Shown: positions 1-10,080 of the stretch, in pieces
Numbering within the stretch: position 1 is the stretch's first letter
Layout: each line of letters opens with the position of its first letter
From: an uncultured delta proteobacterium
Lineage (GTDB): Bacteria; Desulfobacterota; WTBG01
NCBI GenBank assembly: GCA_963793865.1
Contig: CAWCBP010000001.1
Coordinates: 640,001 to 704,000 of the forward strand
Direction: 5' to 3'
Length of the DNA stretch: 64,000 nt
The notes under the pieces: generated by a model
The model's input: the letters and a program-made list of their open reading frames with translations, nothing else
What the model was told of the DNA's origin: nothing
The model's database searches: none
Translations under genes and position numbers: made by a program

Positions 1-156
1 TGCTCCTTGATGGGGAATTGCCGGTATGATTCGGCTCACTGCAGTCAGCAACGGTGTTCCTGGTTGATTGAATGCATTTTTTTAAGCCGGCCGACGGTTA
101 AGAAAATGCTTGAAGGGTGAGTATATGAAAATACCTTTTCCCTGTCAATCTTAAGT

Positions 157-810
157 TTAGACCTGTGTGCCCCGCTTCGGCTTGTATATTCCCTGCATAG
201 TCGCACCGAGCATGTGCGCCTTGTAGGTGCGTTTATCCACGGGCGATAGACTCTTGACCATGGATGCGGTTACAAGCTTGTTTCGTTTAAGCCTGTCCAA
301 ACGCAGGGATATCCTTTCAACGGCATCGTCGCTGGTCATCCAGGAGATGCGGTCAAAGGAGCTGAGATTGAGCGGATTGGAATAAGCCCGCAATGACTTT
401 TTCCCAGTGAGATTAAAATATGCCTCAAAATAGGAGATGACCAGCTCGCGGGGATTCCGGTAAATCGCCTCTCGAAACCTGAGCCCGACGAAATTTGATT
501 TGGCGACTGCCCCTACGCAGCTGTTACGCCTGTGGAGTGCAATAACATGGTCGTCATCTTCTGAAGCAAGCATGTGGATGATAGCCGGGGTGTGACCAAT
601 GCGGCGCAGGGCAGCGGCCGCAAATAGGGCGCCGTCAAAACAGTTGGCCCGCCGGGTTCGCATCACCCCCAGCGGCGCCTGGTAGGTGGCATCGATTTTG
701 TAGGAGATGCTGTCCAGAAAGGCCTGGATGGCGGAAGGACTGTCAAGCCGATTGATGAGTTGTCTTTCATTCCTGCTCAGTGCCGCTTCAAATTGCTGCA
801 CAGCATTCAT
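157..810 (-). CDS. Conserved hypothetical protein, transglutaminase-like (Cys/His) core
   Basis: ORF 157..915, likely start MNAVQQ at 810 just after the upstream stop; motifs ANCFDGALFAAAAL and DDDHVIA. Confidence 0.6.
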   Translation of the reverse strand: MNAVQQFEAALSRNERQLINRLDSPSAIQAFLDSISYKIDATYQAPLGVMRTRRANCFDGALFAAAALRRIGHTPAIIHMLASEDDDHVIALHRRNSCVGAVAKSNFVGLRFREAIYRNPRELVISYFEAYFNLTGKKSLRAYSNPLNLSSFDRISWMTSDDAVERISLRLDRLKRNKLVTASMVKSLSPVDKRTYKAHMLGATMQGIYKPKRGTQV

Positions 811-820
811 TGTTTGTCCT

Positions 821-1440
821 TTATGAACCTTGGCTGCGCGCATGCTTTTGGCCCAGGGCGAATATTTTTTTAAGCGCATCTTTCTTTTTCCTGATATCGC
901 CGACATCTCTGACATCGGTTATGTGAATCTTCTGCACGATGTTCATCATGTAGGTTTGACCGAGGTTATGCTCAAACGCCTTGATGGCCAGCCGGGCGGT
1001 TGAGGGGTCTTTAAAGTCCTGCACCAGGCCAATGACCGCTTTTTTCCCTTTCAGGGGGGCATTGATAAACCGGAACGCATTCATGGTTCCCATCTCACCT
1101 GCAATTTCCACCTCCCAGAGGGGAAGGCAGCGTTCCAAAAAGCGGGCCATGATGGAAGTGTAGGAGGCACAGTAGTAGGGTGAGGCAAAAAGAATCAGAT
1201 CGGCTGATACCATTTCCTTCAAAATCATGTCCATGTCATCACGGAAGGTGGCACATCGGAACCCCGGCTTTAAAATGCACTTCCGGTAACATCCCCTGCA
1301 CTGGTTGATGGTATAATCGGCAAGAAAGAATTTTTTTACATGTGCGCCGGAACGATAGATGCGCCATCCAGAAAGGTATCGACCAGCGTATCGGTGTTAC
1401 CCTTTTTACGGGGGCTCCCCACAAATCCCAATGCTTTCAT
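821..1440 (-). CDS. Flavodoxin-fold iron-sulfur flavoprotein / NADPH-dependent FMN reductase family (one apparent frameshift near 1355)
   Basis: AAGGAGG RBS, then MKALGFVGSPRKKGNTDTLVDTFLDGA; after a frame change HVKKFFLADYTINQCRGCYRKC...CATFRDDM runs into ORF 821..1234 (ADLILFASPYY). Confidence 0.8.
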
Positions 1441-1552
1441 CACATCGCCTCCTTACGTTCTCGTGGATAATAAATAACAGTGATGGACTTATATCATATC
1501 CCGAGCCCCGCGTAAACCGGGGAATTAGAACGGAAGGATTTATGATGGTTAT

Positions 1553-1594
1553 AAACGATAAGGGAAGCGGCGGTTACCGCTTCCCTTATCGTTT
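1553..1594 (-). terminator. Intrinsic terminator-like hairpin after the cohesin/dockerin-like gene
   Basis: AAACGATAAGGGAAGCGG-CGGTTA-CCGCTTCCCTTATCGTTT, perfect 18-bp stem. Confidence 0.7.
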
Positions 1595-1673
1595 GTTTCA
1601 ATCTCAGACCTCCTGCAGTCATGAGGTGCGAGAAGGTCTGAATGTCAATGCAAAAACGTGGTGCTTCAGTTGA

Positions 1674-4387
1674 TTACTGTTCCACGCAGCCGCGGCAGGG
1701 GTTCTGAAATAAGCCTCTGCCAAAGTCCGACTTTAAGCCTGAAGCATCGGAGCCGTCACAATCACCGTCGGCATCAAAATCACCGTTGCAGGGATTGTCG
1801 ACCGTGCAGGGGTGATAAAGGGCGGTTCTGCCGAAGGTGTTCTTGAATTGCTTTGAATCTGTTCCGTCTACGTCACGGTCACAGTCGAAATCGCCCTTGC
1901 ATTCGAAATATCCACAGGTGCCGTTATACTTGCTTCCGAAGATGGTTAGGAACCCGTTGACATCAGTGGCGTCGATATCGCCGTCATCATCGAAGTCTCC
2001 CGAGACATTTTCCGAATCATCGGCCGTACCTCTCCATCCAAAGTTGATCTTGAGTTTGTTGGCGTCCTTGCCATCCACGTCGCCATCACAATCAAAGTCG
2101 CCTTTACACGCTCCCTGCACCCGTATGCAGTCTTTGCCGGAAATTTTTGTTCCGTTCTTGAGATTGCCGGTAAGGGTAAGTCGAATTGTTCCTGCCACAC
2201 TATTGAGATTCAGCATCTCAACCAGCTCTTGTGTTTTAAACTTGAGGGTCAGATCCATATAACCATCACACTTGCGTTCATGACAGTCGCAGAGTTCACC
2301 AGTAAAAGGGGTCCCGACATCTTCATAACTCCATCGAATAGGTGCCACTTCACCAGCAACACCCTTCTCTGCTAAGCCTGATTGAGGCTGGATCTATAGA
2401 ATTGACGTCAAAGGTCATGCATTCCTAGCACTGCAACGGGAAGCACACCACGGCTCTTCACATTCAGTGGATTCGGGCAGGAACCAGGTTTGATGTCAAC
2501 GTTCACCTGAGTTTCAGATGGGCAGACACCGCAGTCTGCCGGGCAGGTTTCGCAGGTTTCCGTGCCGTTGCAGGTGCCGTCGCCGCATACAGGGGGGCAA
2601 GCGCCGCAGTCTACCGGGCAGGTTTCACAGGTTTCCGTGCCGTTGCAGGTGCCATCGCCGCATACAGGGGGGCAAGCGCCGCAGTCTGCCGGGCAGGTTA
2701 CGCATGTCTCTGAGGCATCACAGGTACCATTACCGCATGAAGGCGGGCAAGCGCCGCAGTCTGCCGGGCAGGTTTCACAGGTTTCCGTGCCGTTACAGGT
2801 GCCATCGCCGCATGCAGGGGGGCAGGCACCGCAGTCTGCCGGGCAGGTATCACAGGTTTCCGTGCCGTTGCAGGTAGCGTCACCGCATGCAGGCGGGCAA
2901 GCGCCGCAGTCTGCCGGGCAGGTTACGCATGTCTCTGAGGTATCACAGGTACCTCACCGCATGAAGGCGGGCAGACACCGCAGTCTGCCGGGCAGGTTAC
3001 ACAGGTTTCCGTGCCGTTACAGGTACCATCGCCGCATGCAGGCGGGCAAGCGCCGCAGTCTGCCGGGCAGGTTACGCATGTCTCTGAGGTATCACAGGTA
3101 CCGTCACCGCATGAAGGCGGGCAGACACCGCAGTCTGCCGGGCAAGTTTCACAGGTTTCCGTGCCGTTGCAGGTAGCGTCACCGCATGCAGGCGGGCAAG
3201 CGCCGCAGTCTGCCGGGCAGGTTACGCATGTCTCTGAGGTATCACAGGTACCGTCACCGCATGAAGGCGGGCAGACACCGCAGTCTGCCGGGCAGGTTTC
3301 ACAGGTTTCCGTACCGTTGCAGGTGCCATCGCCGCATGCAGGCGGACAGACACCGCAGTCTGCCGGGCAGGTCTACGCAGGTCTCTGTGCCATTACAGGT
3401 ACCTCACCGCATGCAGGACGGGCAGACACCGCAGTCTGCCGGGCAGGTTACGCAGGTTTCCGTGCCGTTGCAGGTAGCGATCACCGCATGCAGGAGGGCA
3501 GACACCGCAGTCTGCCGGGCAGGTTACGCAGGTTTCCGTGCCGTTGCAGGTAGCGTCACCGCATGCAGGAGGGCAGACACCACAGTCCTGGGGGCAGGTT
3601 ATACAGGTCTCAGTGCCATTGCAAGTGCCATCGGGACATGCAGGAGGACAGATCACCGCAGTCCGCCGGGCAAGTTTCACAGGTTTCCGTACCGTTGCAG
3701 GTGCCATCGCCGCATGCAGGCGGACAGACACCGCAGTCTGCCGGGCAGGTTATTGCAGGTCTCAGCGCCATTGCAAAAATGCCACATCGATTGGGCATAC
3801 AGGTAACGATGCCCTGGGTAACGCTGAGAACATTGGTGCCCATCGTAGCCATCGTACACGACACCGCTCGTACATCCCACGGTTGTGTCAAAATCAGTTA
3901 TTCCTTTAACAGAAATGTTACCGGTACCATTTGCCACGCACTGAAAGGTTACCTGCGCTATAATAATATCACCACCGGCATCAGGTACCGGGCAGGTACC
4001 TAACTGTACCACGGCCAGCACATAGGAACCGGGTCCATAAGCATCAGGTATCTTAAGGGTGGCAGTTCCATCCCACGGTCCGCCGGCAATGTCAACGCCG
4101 TCATAAGCGTTAACGCTCACGAGGCTGACCTGGGCCGGATTATAAAACATCTCAATTCCGCTGGAGATAATCGGCTCAGGGATCTCGGCTGCCCAGATGT
4201 CAATGGAAAACGTGTCTCCCGGGTTAAGCGTTTCCGGATTAACCGTATCACAGGTCTTGAGACCGGTTAACCTGCCGCCGGGATTACCTGCCTCCAAAGA
4301 ATCCTGGCAGTAGCTCTGGGCAAAAACTGAGCCTGCCATAAGACCTATGACAAAAAGCACCATTAAACAAGTTGAAATCTTTTTCAT
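1674..4387 (-). CDS. Large secreted protein: signal peptide, cohesin-like domain, 17 Cys-rich repeats, DIKPGSCPNP domain, two dockerin-like modules (multiple apparent frameshifts)
   Basis: Start MKKISTCLMVLFVIGLMAGSVFA after GGAGG; continuous coding character through ORF 3677..4420, the repeat array, VNVDIKPGSCPNPLNVKSRGVLPVAVLG (2420-2510) and ORF 1674..2348 with four GDFDxDGDVDGxD-type loops. Confidence 0.75.
2517..3790 (-). repeat. Coding tandem repeat, 17 x ~75 bp, unit CGDGTCNGTETCETCPADCGACPPA
   Basis: 17 occurrences of the CC(G/A)CAGTC core at ~75-bp spacing; minus-strand translation gives a 6-Cys 25-aa unit. Confidence 0.9.
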
Positions 4388-4849
4388 AATCACCCTCCTC
4401 CGGACAAAAAGTAAGTTCATGAAATGGTAAATGACAATCTGGTGTCTGATGTGAGTTGATTAAATTATCACCCCCTTTCAGCGAAAAATCATTCAATAAT
4501 CGATTATGAATCTTAAAGAACCCTTTATAGTGGTGCCAGTCAGAAGGATTAAATGGAATCCCAATTTATATATTATATATATATCTTAAATTGTTACTTG
4601 ATGTCAAGATAATTTGCTTGCGCAGTTTATACATTAGAAACGTTTTTTAATGATAAAGATTTTTAAACATAATAAAAGATTATTATTTGATTGTCAAAAA
4701 ACTATTTAACTATTTAATATACATAATATTATTTTTTTGAGGGAAATTACGCCGACCGCTAATTAGTAAAAAAATATATCAATTAAAGTGAATAATATCA
4801 ATTATATATGTTGTTAATGAAGCTTGTTATCCGGGGTAAATGATAAATC

Positions 4850-5674
4850 TTATTGATCATCGCGGATTTGGGTGAAAGTATGGGGAGTGCATTTAGAAGC
4901 GTATCGGCCGCGGGTTCCGACAATAGTCGAAATGGCGCCGGTCGGGCAGACATTGAAACACCCCCAGCAGCCGTCACAGGAATCGCTGAATGTGGGGTAG
5001 GGGGCCAGCGCAATAGCCCCTGCAGCGCAGCGTTCTGCGCACTGCCCGCACATGGTGCATCGCTTTGTATTGATGCTCTTTTTACCCATCATCATGCGCA
5101 ACCTGGCCGGGCTGTTAAGCAGGGAGAGATAATAAAAGGGATTGATCCGCGAGCGGGAAAAGGGAGCCGGCCGGGAAAGCACCCCTGCTTTATGTCTGCC
5201 TGCAAGCTCTGCCAGCGTGCCGGCGAATCTGCTGATGGAAGGGAGCATCGTGTCGTTCGGCAATCCGCGGTTGATACTGAGACCGGCGGCCCTGGCAATG
5301 GGCCAGCTCATCTCCCCCCTGAAATGCTGATCTGCCAGCACCACGAACCCGCGGACAGATAAGTAGCCGTCAAGCATCCATGGGGTATTGGCAAGGACTC
5401 CTGCGCAGGTGGTAAACAGGAATGCAGGTTTTTGCGCCTGCGGTGGAAGTGATTGGATGAACCTGGTCATGGCAAATGACGGCCTGAACCCCATCACCGG
5501 GCAGCCGAAACCGATCAGGTCATAGGAAGCAAGATCATCGGTGCGCGGCCTGGAAGCAATGCTTCTGACCTCTGTCTCGATGCCGTAACCGGGCAGTGAG
5601 GCAGCAAGTTTTCCTGCTACCCACTGCGTATTTCCGGATGCGGAGTGGTAGAAAATCAAAACATGGCCGGTCAT
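4850..5674 (-). CDS. EFR1-family flavodoxin-ferredoxin fusion
   Basis: N-terminal YHSASGNT flavodoxin loop; C-terminal CTMCGQCAERC and CDGCWGCFNVCP 4Fe-4S motifs. Confidence 0.85.
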   Translation of the reverse strand: MTGHVLIFYHSASGNTQWVAGKLAASLPGYGIETEVRSIASRPRTDDLASYDLIGFGCPVMGFRPSFAMTRFIQSLPPQAQKPAFLFTTCAGVLANTPWMLDGYLSVRGFVVLADQHFRGEMSWPIARAAGLSINRGLPNDTMLPSISRFAGTLAELAGRHKAGVLSRPAPFSRSRINPFYYLSLLNSPARLRMMMGKKSINTKRCTMCGQCAERCAAGAIALAPYPTFSDSCDGCWGCFNVCPTGAISTIVGTRGRYASKCTPHTFTQIRDDQ

Positions 5675-5717
5675 CGAAAATGTGTCCGCGGTCGTTCTGT
5701 GATGGCGATTGTCATGT

Positions 5718-6287
5718 TCAGAGCAATCTGTAGGGATAGGCCCTTTTGGTCCATTCGCTTGCAGGGTAGCGTGACTGCAGCTGTTCGTATGCCTCTTTCA
5801 GCGGCTTTGGATTATGGGTGCTTTTATACCCCGCAACGCCTTTCAGGAAAAGCGCTTCCGGTGCAGCATCACTCCCGGGATATGTGTCCAACAGCTCCTG
5901 TATGACGGCAAGGGCTTCGGCATACCTTTGCTGTTCGAATCCGGACTTGGCCATGCCCAGCAGCAGGGATGGAATCAATTCCTCCGGGGAAAGAAATCCA
6001 ACCGTGCGGTGATGCTCTTTCCCTTCCTGATCGAGCACAATCAGCGTGGGTGTCCAGCTTATCTTGAAATCAGCGGAGTGAGGTTTCGCATCAGATGGTA
6101 TGCGGAGCGGAATCAGGTTGTTGATGATGAAGTTTGCTACCTTGTTCTCAGGATACGTAACTGCATCCATTTGCTGACAGCCGATTCACCCCGGGTTGAA
6201 AAAGTCGAGCAGGATCTGCCTGCCCTGTGTCCGCGCCGCAGCGAGGGCTTTCTCCATGTCCGTTTCCCAGCTAATTGCGCTTGCCAT
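5718..6287 (-). CDS. Selenocysteine-containing thioredoxin-like protein with C-terminal TPR (UxxC; Sec codon 6186..6188)
   Basis: AGGAGG RBS, ATG at 6287, MASAISWETDMEKALAAARTQGRQILLDFFNPG-TGA-IGCQQMDAVTY in frame with ORF 5718..6170; WTPT cis-Pro motif; hairpin after the TGA. Confidence 0.85.
6151..6168 (-). promoter_or_regulatory. Putative bacterial SECIS hairpin
   Basis: GGATGC-AGTTAC-GTATCC starting 17 nt after the in-frame TGA. Confidence 0.6.
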
Positions 6288-6347
6288 GGCCGTACCTCCT
6301 TACAAGGGATTAATCATTCGTGCTTTTCATGATGGAAAAGCGTGGAT

Positions 6348-6791
6348 TTATTTTTGGCTGAAGGCCTCGAGATTTTTTTGAAGCTCCTCTTTGTGCTTCA
6401 TTTCTGCGTCAAATATTTTCTTGAACACCTCCTCATTCCCTGTCTTGTAAAAATATACCAGCAAGCGGGCATAAAAATCGACCGTTTCTTCTTCCAGCTC
6501 TATGGCAATCTTGAATATGTCTTCAACAGACAGGCCTGCCTTTATGGCCGCATCAATCGTATATCTTGAAGGGACGAAGGAACCCTTGGGCGGTGTGGTA
6601 AGGTCGGTTGCAAATGCAGCCAGTATCTTTTTGTGGCCTTTTTCTTCAATGGAAAGCCGTTTCAGCAGGGCCTTGTGGTCAGCCTGGTGAACCACTGCTG
6701 CTGCCTTCTCATAAAACGCGGTAGCATCATCTTCCCGCTTTACAGCCTCTTTGAGCGCATCGCGGTAATCATCAAGCGGTTTCAGTTCCAT
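6348..6791 (-). CDS. Ferritin-like / rubrerythrin diiron domain protein
   Basis: Paired E..FY..EExxH motifs (EEKGH, AEMKH). Confidence 0.8.
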   Translation of the reverse strand: MELKPLDDYRDALKEAVKREDDATAFYEKAAAVVHQADHKALLKRLSIEEKGHKKILAAFATDLTTPPKGSFVPSRYTIDAAIKAGLSVEDIFKIAIELEEETVDFYARLLVYFYKTGNEEVFKKIFDAEMKHKEELQKNLEAFSQK

Positions 6792-6891
6792 GGCATTCCT
6801 CCTTTCTGGTAAAGGTTAGCGGGTGTGCAGTTTCCCTGGGTCTGACGTAGTGCCGAGCGCAGCACCTGCCGTGCGCTGCTCCCGGATACGT

Positions 6892-7536
6892 TCAATTGAG
6901 ATATAGATTGTTGCTTACAATATACTGCCGCACTGCTTCAGGAACCATCCCCTCGATGGAGCGATGTGCCCTAACCCGCGAGCGGATATCGGTTGATGAA
7001 ATGGAAAGATACGGCTCTTCCAGTATGGTTATGTGGGGTAAAAAATCATCAGGAATGCGTTTCTTTATTTTCTCGACATCGCATCCGGGCCGGATAGCGG
7101 CAACGAAACGGCAGATGCCCGGATAGGTACGGGATTGATCCCAGTTAATGATGGCGAGGAGCGCGTCGAGGCCGGTTATAAAAAACAGTTCGCCGGCAGT
7201 GCCCATTGCCTGTTTATAGTATCTGATGGTATCGCCGGCATAGGTTGGGCAGCCTCGCTCCGCCTCGATGCAGGAGGGCTCAAACCGCGGCATATCTTTC
7301 ACTGCCAGCTCAACCATGGCATGCCGGTGCTGCACCGGAGTTAGCTGCTCCGGTGATTTGTGCGGGGGGCAATGAGCCGTCACAAAAATGACTTTGTGCA
7401 ATTTCATCGCCGTCCGTGCAGCCTCAGCCACCTTGAGATGGCCGATGTGAATGGGATCAAATGATCCTCCCATGATGCCGATGCGCTGAGGAAGGGTTGG
7501 CTCTGAATTCCGACGGGGTAAAGGTTTTGCATCCAT
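6892..7536 (-). CDS. nadD: Nicotinate-nucleotide adenylyltransferase
   Basis: GGSFDPIHIGH, PPHK, ISSTDIR motifs; start uncertain (7536 or 7557). Confidence 0.92.
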   Translation of the reverse strand: MDAKPLPRRNSEPTLPQRIGIMGGSFDPIHIGHLKVAEAARTAMKLHKVIFVTAHCPPHKSPEQLTPVQHRHAMVELAVKDMPRFEPSCIEAERGCPTYAGDTIRYYKQAMGTAGELFFITGLDALLAIINWDQSRTYPGICRFVAAIRPGCDVEKIKKRIPDDFLPHITILEEPYLSISSTDIRSRVRAHRSIEGMVPEAVRQYIVSNNLYLN

Positions 7537-7697
7537 GATCATGTAGCAGTGCATCATTACTATATATGCTACAATAATAACAGATTATTTCAAGCGGGGG
7601 AGGGTGATTTTTTTGGGCATGGACAGGATGCGGCACGCGGGGGCGGATACCTGCCCCCGTTCCCGTGCCTCTCATCTGATACGGTGACGACGGCTTT

Positions 7698-8378
7698 TTA
7701 TAACTGTTTGAACTGATCCTTGCCCGCACCGCAGACCGGGCAGGTCCAGCCGGCGGGGAGATTTTTAAAATCCGTTCCCGGGGCTATGCCGCCATCGGGA
7801 TCGCCCTGCGCCGGATCATAGACATATCCGCAAATGGTGCACTGATGGCGCGGCAGGGCGGTTGCCGCGGTTTCTTCTTTGCGGTAGGTCGGCGCGGTCT
7901 TGGGGGTAGTGCCGCGCTTGACCTGGTGGTAGTACGCATAGGTCATGGGCTCGCCTTCCTTGAGGACCTCTGAACCGACCACTTCTCCCACAAAAATGGT
8001 GTGGGTGCCGACTTCCATGCTGTGGGTTACCCGTGCCTCCATGACCGCCAGGGAATGGTCCAGGATAAGCGGGGCGCCGGTGATGCCTGTCTTGTAGTTT
8101 ACCCCGTCAAATTTATTGGCCTCTCTTCCTGACTTGAAGCCGAACTGACCGATGAAATTGAGGGGGGTGTCCTGGGCGAGGATGGATACGCCGAATGCCT
8201 TGCTGTCCTTGATGAACTCATTGGTGAGGTTTTTCACGTTGATGCCGATGGCAAGAGCGGGCGGCTCCGCGGTAACCTGAATGAGGGCATTGGCTATCTG
8301 GCCGTTAATGCTGCTCCCCTTGTTCGATGTGATTGCGTACAGACCATAGCTTACCTTAAACAGGGCCTTTGGATCCAT
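7698..8378 (-). CDS. Flavin reductase-rubredoxin fusion (high-molecular-weight rubredoxin, Hrb-like)
   Basis: Flavin reductase domain (SYGLY...[10 protein letters not shown]) plus [10 protein letters not shown]...WTCPVCG rubredoxin. Confidence 0.9.
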   Translation of the reverse strand: MDPKALFKVSYGLYAITSNKGSSINGQIANALIQVTAEPPALAIGINVKNLTNEFIKDSKAFGVSILAQDTPLNFIGQFGFKSGREANKFDGVNYKTGITGAPLILDHSLAVMEARVTHSMEVGTHTIFVGEVVGSEVLKEGEPMTYAYYHQVKRGTTPKTAPTYRKEETAATALPRHQCTICGYVYDPAQGDPDGGIAPGTDFKNLPAGWTCPVCGAGKDQFKQL

Positions 8379-8496
8379 AATGATTCCTCCTTGTGCGGTA
8401 AAGGTGATGAGGATTTCTTCAATAACAGTGCTGCAGCGGCGGTACGGTCACCTCCTTTCCACGTGCTGCGGAGAATGTGCTGCTGCCCGGCAACAT

Positions 8497-10026
8497 CTAT
8501 GACGGTGCCGTGATTGCCGACAAATTGAGGCCTGCAACGGCGATATGCGGCGCGTAGAACACCTCGTCGGCAGCCCAGAGAACGATGCCGGTCTGTTGAT
8601 GCTCGATGGAGGTGATCCGGTTCAAAACCGAGTGCAGGGTGTCGTTGATGCGGACGCTGTTGGGCTCGAGCGGCTCCGCCAGCTTTCCATCCCGGATCAT
8701 ATAGGAATCCCCCACAATGGTGGAGGTGAAATCGCCCGCCTTGATTCCATTGATGGGATAGGTGTACCAGATTCTTCCCACGTAAATGCCGTTTTTAACC
8801 GTGCGCAGCAGATCCTCAAGCGAGGCGGCCGGAGAGCCTTCGATAACCAGGTTGGTCGGCGAAATGGAAGGCAGGGCGGCATGATATCTCCCCCCTCCCT
8901 GCCCGAACCGGAACCCGTTTCGCGGGACAAGGGCGCGGCGCCAGTCATGGGGGTCAACCCCCAATTTGTCCCGGGCCTTGCTGTCGCGGAGCATCCGTTT
9001 GGTTTCATAATCGTTGGATAAGAGCCCCATCAGGCGGCCGCCGGCAATGAGCTCGGTCCTTCCCGTGGGGAGGCCTTCACAGGTTATGCCCTTGCTGGCG
9101 GTGAGTTGCGGGTCATTCCCGACGTCGCTCACGGAGAGCAGTTCGGATGCCACCGGCGTACCGAGTTTGCCCTGGTAAGCGGAATTGCCGATGTAAAATG
9201 TGTCAAGCCTCAATGAAGGAAGCAGGATGTTACTCATGATGTCAGCTACCGCCTGAGGCGCCAGGACAACCGGGTAGCTGCCGCTTGCCACCCGTGTACC
9301 GGTTCTCGCGGAGCGGAGCGCGTTACGTACGGCCATGCCCCCGGCGCTGCCGTCAAAGCCCTGCAGACGAGTTGCCGCCGACCACCCCGATCCCTTGCTG
9401 TTCATCTTTTCTATCATGGCGGTGAGCGAGGAGAAGAGTATGGTGGTAGTGTCATCTTCGATGGTGCGCAGGCAGGTGGAGGCAAGGGCAATCTGCTCCT
9501 GAAGGACGGTCACATCACCGCCGAGTATCAGCCCCAGCGAACGGGGAGACTCCGATCTGAGCAGGGGGGAGCGCTCCAACTCCTCCAGGGCGCAGGTGAT
9601 GGCTTTCCAGCCGATATCCACCAGATCAGCATCAGAGAGGGAGAGCAGCGCGTGGTCGTGATAATCCTTAAGCCTGCCTTCCGGAGGCGGTGCTGCCGGG
9701 AGACCATGAAAATCAGGATCGTAAACGGCACCCTCCCGGGCCTTGAGATATGCGGATTCAACCTCTTCCAGCGTCAGCGAACCGGTTTCCTGGCCAAAGC
9801 CGAGCTTTACGCCGGACCCGTTTTTAAATGCGATGCGCAAGCCCACCCCCCGCGACTGAACGGATTTCGGTTCTTCCAGACCGTTGCAGGGAATGTGAGA
9901 GGTGTAGTTGATTCTGCAGGTTAAAATGCTGTTCACCGCGGCAAAGATTTCCGCCTCAGCGACGTCCGCTTTCGAGCGCAGGTGCGCAAGACCCAGGGCG
10001 GCGAACTCCTTTAAATCACGTGCCAC
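8497..10026 (-). CDS. TldD/PmbA family protein, PmbA/TldE-like subunit
   Basis: SGSYPVVLAP, EGLPT, PTNLVI, GDFT motifs; no HExxxH; adjacent to TldD. Confidence 0.8.
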   Translation of the reverse strand: MARDLKEFAALGLAHLRSKADVAEAEIFAAVNSILTCRINYTSHIPCNGLEEPKSVQSRGVGLRIAFKNGSGVKLGFGQETGSLTLEEVESAYLKAREGAVYDPDFHGLPAAPPPEGRLKDYHDHALLSLSDADLVDIGWKAITCALEELERSPLLRSESPRSLGLILGGDVTVLQEQIALASTCLRTIEDDTTTILFSSLTAMIEKMNSKGSGWSAATRLQGFDGSAGGMAVRNALRSARTGTRVASGSYPVVLAPQAVADIMSNILLPSLRLDTFYIGNSAYQGKLGTPVASELLSVSDVGNDPQLTASKGITCEGLPTGRTELIAGGRLMGLLSNDYETKRMLRDSKARDKLGVDPHDWRRALVPRNGFRFGQGGGRYHAALPSISPTNLVIEGSPAASLEDLLRTVKNGIYVGRIWYTYPINGIKAGDFTSTIVGDSYMIRDGKLAEPLEPNSVRINDTLHSVLNRITSIEHQQTGIVLWAADEVFYAPHIAVAGLNLSAITAPS

Positions 10027-10080
10027 GTTGTTATCCCTCGTTCTGTTACCGGATGAGGCATGCCCGGCGGTCGGGTATCG

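Noticed and set aside
2409..2411. TGA as a possible Sec codon in the scaffold gene
   Set aside because: Coding sense continues in another frame (FDVNSIDPASIRL); this is a frameshift, not readthrough
2517..3790. CRISPR array or non-coding repeat
   Set aside because: Units are contiguous, have no unique spacers, are a multiple of 3 and translate to a coherent Cys-rich motif; no cas genes
2518..4003. Plus-strand ORFs (GGQAPQS and Arg-rich repeats)
   Set aside because: Antisense shadows of the minus-strand repeat gene
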